Program-made: the position numbers and the translations under genes
NCBI GenBank assembly: GCA_963790305.1
Contig: CAWBOC010000006.1
Coordinates: 384,001-448,000 of the forward strand
Direction: 5' to 3'
DNA length: 64,000 nt
Source: an uncultured Gemmatimonadaceae bacterium
GTDB lineage: Bacteria > Gemmatimonadota > Gemmatimonadetes > Gemmatimonadales > Gemmatimonadaceae
Shown here: in pieces, positions 61,368 through 64,000 of the stretch
Position numbering within the stretch: position 1 is the stretch's first letter
Layout of the letters: every line of letters starts with the position of its first letter
Notes under the pieces: model-generated
What the model was told of the DNA's origin: nothing
What the model saw: only the letters and a program-made list of their open reading frames with translations
The model's database searches: none

Positions 61368-62603
61368 TCAGCTCCACGGATCGTCCCGCGAAATCGGGAG
61401 CGTCATACAGCGCGGGCCGCCGCCGCCGCGCACAAGCTCACCGCCCTCGAAGGTGATCGCTGCGCGCTCGCCTTCGCGCACCGGCGTGTCACCCGCCAGA
61501 AAGTCGTTCGCCGAAATGATTCGAAACCCCATCTTGTCCAACTCCCGAAGCGTTGCCTCGTTGCGGCCGTAGGACGTGACGACTCCCGGCCGCATCGCAC
61601 AGAAATTACAGCCCGACGACCACTGCTCGCGCTCCTGGTAGACCCGCCGTTCCCCACCGCAGAAGATCGGCTCGAGCGGGAGGTTCACCGCCTGCAGAGC
61701 CGCGAACACGTTCGGCATCTCGCGCATTTGCGACTGCCCTTTGCGCCAATGCAGCACAGCCAGTCGCTCCGGGCCGACGAAATGCGGCGGGTACACGACG
61801 CACAGCTCGTGATCGACCTGGGTGAAGATCATGTCGAGGTGGATCGCCGTGTTCTCCTTCGGCATGACGACGATGATGACGTCCTCGATCGCCGTATGCT
61901 CGAAGAGGAGCGCCGTGAGGTGGTCGATCGCGGCCGGGCTCGATCGCTCGCTGAAGCCGATCATGATCAGGTCGCGACGGAGGGGATGCACGTCGCCGCC
62001 CTCGAGTGTGTAGTTGAGCCGCCGCTCGACCGACCCGTCGTACAGCAGCCCCTGGTTGGCCAGCTGGGGATGGTGGAGGAAGAGCGCCTTCATGATGAGC
62101 TCCTCCGACCACCGCGCGCCGTAACGCATCGAGCCGATCATCACGTGTTGCCCGATCGCCATGGCGACGTCGCGCGTGAAGTAGAGATTGGGCAGCGGCG
62201 GCAGCTCGTAGCCCCACTCGTTGAGCGTCAGCGCGAGGGGGCCTTGGTGTTCCTCCTTTCCCTCGATGAGCATCCGGACGATGGTCTCCGGCGGCTCCTC
62301 TCCAAGGCTCCGTGCCAGGGGGGTGGAGGGGACGACGTCCATCGTCTCCTGGATCAGGAGCTTCCGGACGGCGTCGCTCTGCACGACTTCGCCAAGCAGG
62401 TCGCGGACGTAGTGGACCTGGGCGAAGCGCTCGAGGATGGCGACAAAGCGCCGGTGCTCCCGCTGCGCGATCTCGACGTCGATGATGTCGTCGTAGAGGT
62501 AGTCCTCGCGCGTGGAAGGCGTTACGGCGAGAAGCTCGGGTCCGGGCGTGTGCACCAGAACGGAGCGCAGCCGGCCGATTTCAGAGGTGACGTTGACCGG
62601 CAT
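61368..62603 (-). CDS. arcA: Arginine deiminase
   Basis: SEIGRLRSVLVHTPG.E, PNLYFTRD, LEGGD, HLD and ELVRGGGGPRCMT catalytic residues. Confidence 0.92.
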   Translation of the reverse strand: MPVNVTSEIGRLRSVLVHTPGPELLAVTPSTREDYLYDDIIDVEIAQREHRRFVAILERFAQVHYVRDLLGEVVQSDAVRKLLIQETMDVVPSTPLARSLGEEPPETIVRMLIEGKEEHQGPLALTLNEWGYELPPLPNLYFTRDVAMAIGQHVMIGSMRYGARWSEELIMKALFLHHPQLANQGLLYDGSVERRLNYTLEGGDVHPLRRDLIMIGFSERSSPAAIDHLTALLFEHTAIEDVIIVVMPKENTAIHLDMIFTQVDHELCVVYPPHFVGPERLAVLHWRKGQSQMREMPNVFAALQAVNLPLEPIFCGGERRVYQEREQWSSGCNFCAMRPGVVTSYGRNEATLRELDKMGFRIISANDFLAGDTPVREGERAAITFEGGELVRGGGGPRCMTLPISRDDPWS

Positions 62604-62612
62604 ATTCCCGAA

Positions 62613-62705
62613 AGGTGATCGAGGTGGTCGAGGTTGTCGAGGTCTTCGAGGGGTCAAGGTAACCCCCTCGATCACCTCGACGACCTCGATGACCTTGATC
62701 GCCTC
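62613..62705. repeat. 9-bp tandem-unit inverted repeat (GTCGAGGTN family)
   Basis: atcgaggtg gtcgaggtt gtcgaggtc ttcgaggg gtcaaggt aacc ccctcgatca cctcgacga cctcgatga ccttgatcg cctc. Confidence 0.88.
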
Positions 62706-62742
62706 TGGCGCCGCTTCGCGGCGGGCCCTCTCCCCATTAGCA

Positions 62743-62760
62743 TTGTGAAGGAATTCACAA
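62743..62760. promoter_or_regulatory. Rex operator
   Basis: Perfect TTGTGAA-GGAA-TTCACAA, 13 bp before the rex start. Confidence 0.9.
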
Positions 62761-62773
62761 GCCAGCCCGTCCC

Positions 62774-63409
62774 GTGAAACGGATCGCTGAATCCACCGTC
62801 CGCCGTCTCTCGCTCTACCTCCGCTTCCTCGAGGATTTCGAGGAGCGCGGACTCGCCACCATCTCGAGCGATGAGCTCGCCGCGCGCGGAGGCACGACCT
62901 CCGCGCAGGTGCGAAAAGACCTCTCGTTCTTCGGCTCGTTCGGCAAGCGCGGCCTCGGCTACGCCGTTCCGGAGCTTGCCGCGCGGCTGCGCGACATCCT
63001 CGGCCTGGGCCGAGAATGGCGCGTGATCATCATCGGCGCGGGAAAAATCGGGAGTGCGCTCGCGCAGTATCGCGGGTTCACGCAGCGGGGCTTTCACGTC
63101 GTCGGCGTGTATGACAGCGATCCGACAAAGGTCGGGAAACGCATCGACGGCTTCACCATTCGCGACCTCGCCACGCTGGAGAAAGATGTCGCGCGCGAGG
63201 AGGTCGACATCGCCGTTCTCACCGTGCCCGCCGACGCGGCGCAGCAGGTCGTGACCCGGGTGGTGAAATCCGGGATCGGCGCGGTGATGAACTTCGCTCC
63301 GGTGCAGCTTCAGGTGCCCGACCACGTCGCCCTCAAGAATGTGAACATGGCGATGGAGCTCGAAGGGCTGTCGTTCGCGTTGGCCAACCGGACGGGACTG
63401 GATGAATAA
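62774..63409 (+). CDS. rex: Redox-sensing transcriptional repressor Rex
   Basis: TVRRLSLYLR, ISSDEL, QVRKDLSFFGSFGKRGLGY, GAGKIG and NFAP. Confidence 0.98.
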   Translation: MKRIAESTVRRLSLYLRFLEDFEERGLATISSDELAARGGTTSAQVRKDLSFFGSFGKRGLGYAVPELAARLRDILGLGREWRVIIIGAGKIGSALAQYRGFTQRGFHVVGVYDSDPTKVGKRIDGFTIRDLATLEKDVAREEVDIAVLTVPADAAQQVVTRVVKSGIGAVMNFAPVQLQVPDHVALKNVNMAMELEGLSFALANRTGLDE

Positions 63410-63484
63410 GGGTGCTCAGGGTGCTCAGGGGAGGTGCTGTTAACCCTGAGCACCCTGAGCACCCTGAGCACCCTGAGCAGCCCT
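63409..63484. repeat. 9-bp tandem-unit inverted repeat (AGGGTGCTC / CCCTGAGCA) at the rex/rsmA convergence
   Basis: agggtgctc agggtgctc aggggaggtgct gttaa ccctgagca x4. Confidence 0.9.
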
Positions 63485-64000
63485 TAATAGCGCCGCAAAC
63501 TGCCCCGCGCTCAAAGTCTCCGGCCTCGCCTCCGGCTCGATGCCCGCCGCCGCCAACAGCTCCTCTGCGCGCCCGGCGGACACCGAAAGCACCGACCGGA
63601 CCACACGCCGCATCTGCTTCCGTCGCATCCCAAAGGCCTGCTGGACAAGGGCCCGGAAGGGCTCCTCCTCGTCAGGCGCGACGGCCGGCTCGAGACGTGG
63701 CGTGATGCGCACGACCGCGGAATCGACCGACGGTGGCGGCGAGAATGCGCCAGGAGACACGCGAAAAAGCGTTTCCGCTGAGGCAAGCGCGCTGACGTTC
63801 ACCGTCAACGCGCCGTAGGCCTTGGTGCCTGGTGACGCCGACAACCGATCGGCCACCTCCCTCTGTACGAGGTACACCGCCCGCGTCGGTCTGGGCGGCC
63901 GCAGGGCGTGAAAGAGGATAGGCGTGGTGATGTAGTACGGTACGTTGCCAACAAGCGCGAAGTCGTCGCCGGCGAGGGCGCCCAGGTTCGTCTCGAGGAC
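63440..64000 (-). CDS. rsmA: 16S rRNA adenine dimethyltransferase, 3' part
   Basis: LVGNVPYYITTPIL (63918-63959), VQREVADRL, YGALTV, F.PPP.VDSAVV, AF..RRK and RPETLS. Confidence 0.95.
   Translation of the reverse strand, partial: VLETNLGALAGDDFALVGNVPYYITTPILFHALRPPRPTRAVYLVQREVADRLSASPGTKAYGALTVNVSALASAETLFRVSPGAFSPPPSVDSAVVRITPRLEPAVAPDEEEPFRALVQQAFGMRRKQMRRVVRSVLSVSAGRAEELLAAAGIEPEARPETLSAGQFAALLRAAQGAQGAQGAQG

Overview
High-GC (about 67%) bacterial chromosome window. Gene content and order (short EF-Ts, SusC/SusD pair, carboxypeptidase-regulatory-like surface proteins, Rex) point to Gemmatimonadota; this is an inference. Most of it is minus-strand housekeeping DNA: rplM-rpsI-rpsB-tsf-pyrH-frr-uppS-cdsA-dxr-rseP; rpsO-pnp-M16 peptidase; an acyl-CoA carboxylase operon; tyrA-aroA-cmk-rpsA; infC-rpmI-rplT-pheST-zapB-like-zapA-rny-folD-xseAB-ispA-dxs-nadK-recN; arcA/rex; and rsmA. 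Accessory stretches hold a heavily frameshifted SusC/SusD/DUF4397 locus, a TonB-dependent receptor, a TPR lipoprotein and two tRNAs. Four signals are missed by the ORF track. (1) A hidden 165-aa AhpC/TSA-like selenoprotein (in-frame TGA in a W-U-P-N-C motif plus a SECIS-like hairpin) sits inside the carboxylase operon. (2) A two-gene cassette has its own promoter and a perfect 18-bp operator-like palindrome; it encodes a small Cys/His protein and a Rad52/Rad22-like annealase with a Zn ribbon and an SSB-like C-terminal tip (DQIPF). (3) About 11 intergenic tandem-unit repeat elements, mostly inverted, are built from at least five unrelated 7/9/11-bp units and share one architecture. (4) There is a compact 6S-like RNA candidate between zapA and rny, S2 and L20 leader RNAs, and a perfect Rex box. 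No CRISPR array, integrase or transposase was seen. Single-base indels (dxr, pccB, about 20.4-27.8 kb) look like long-read consensus errors.
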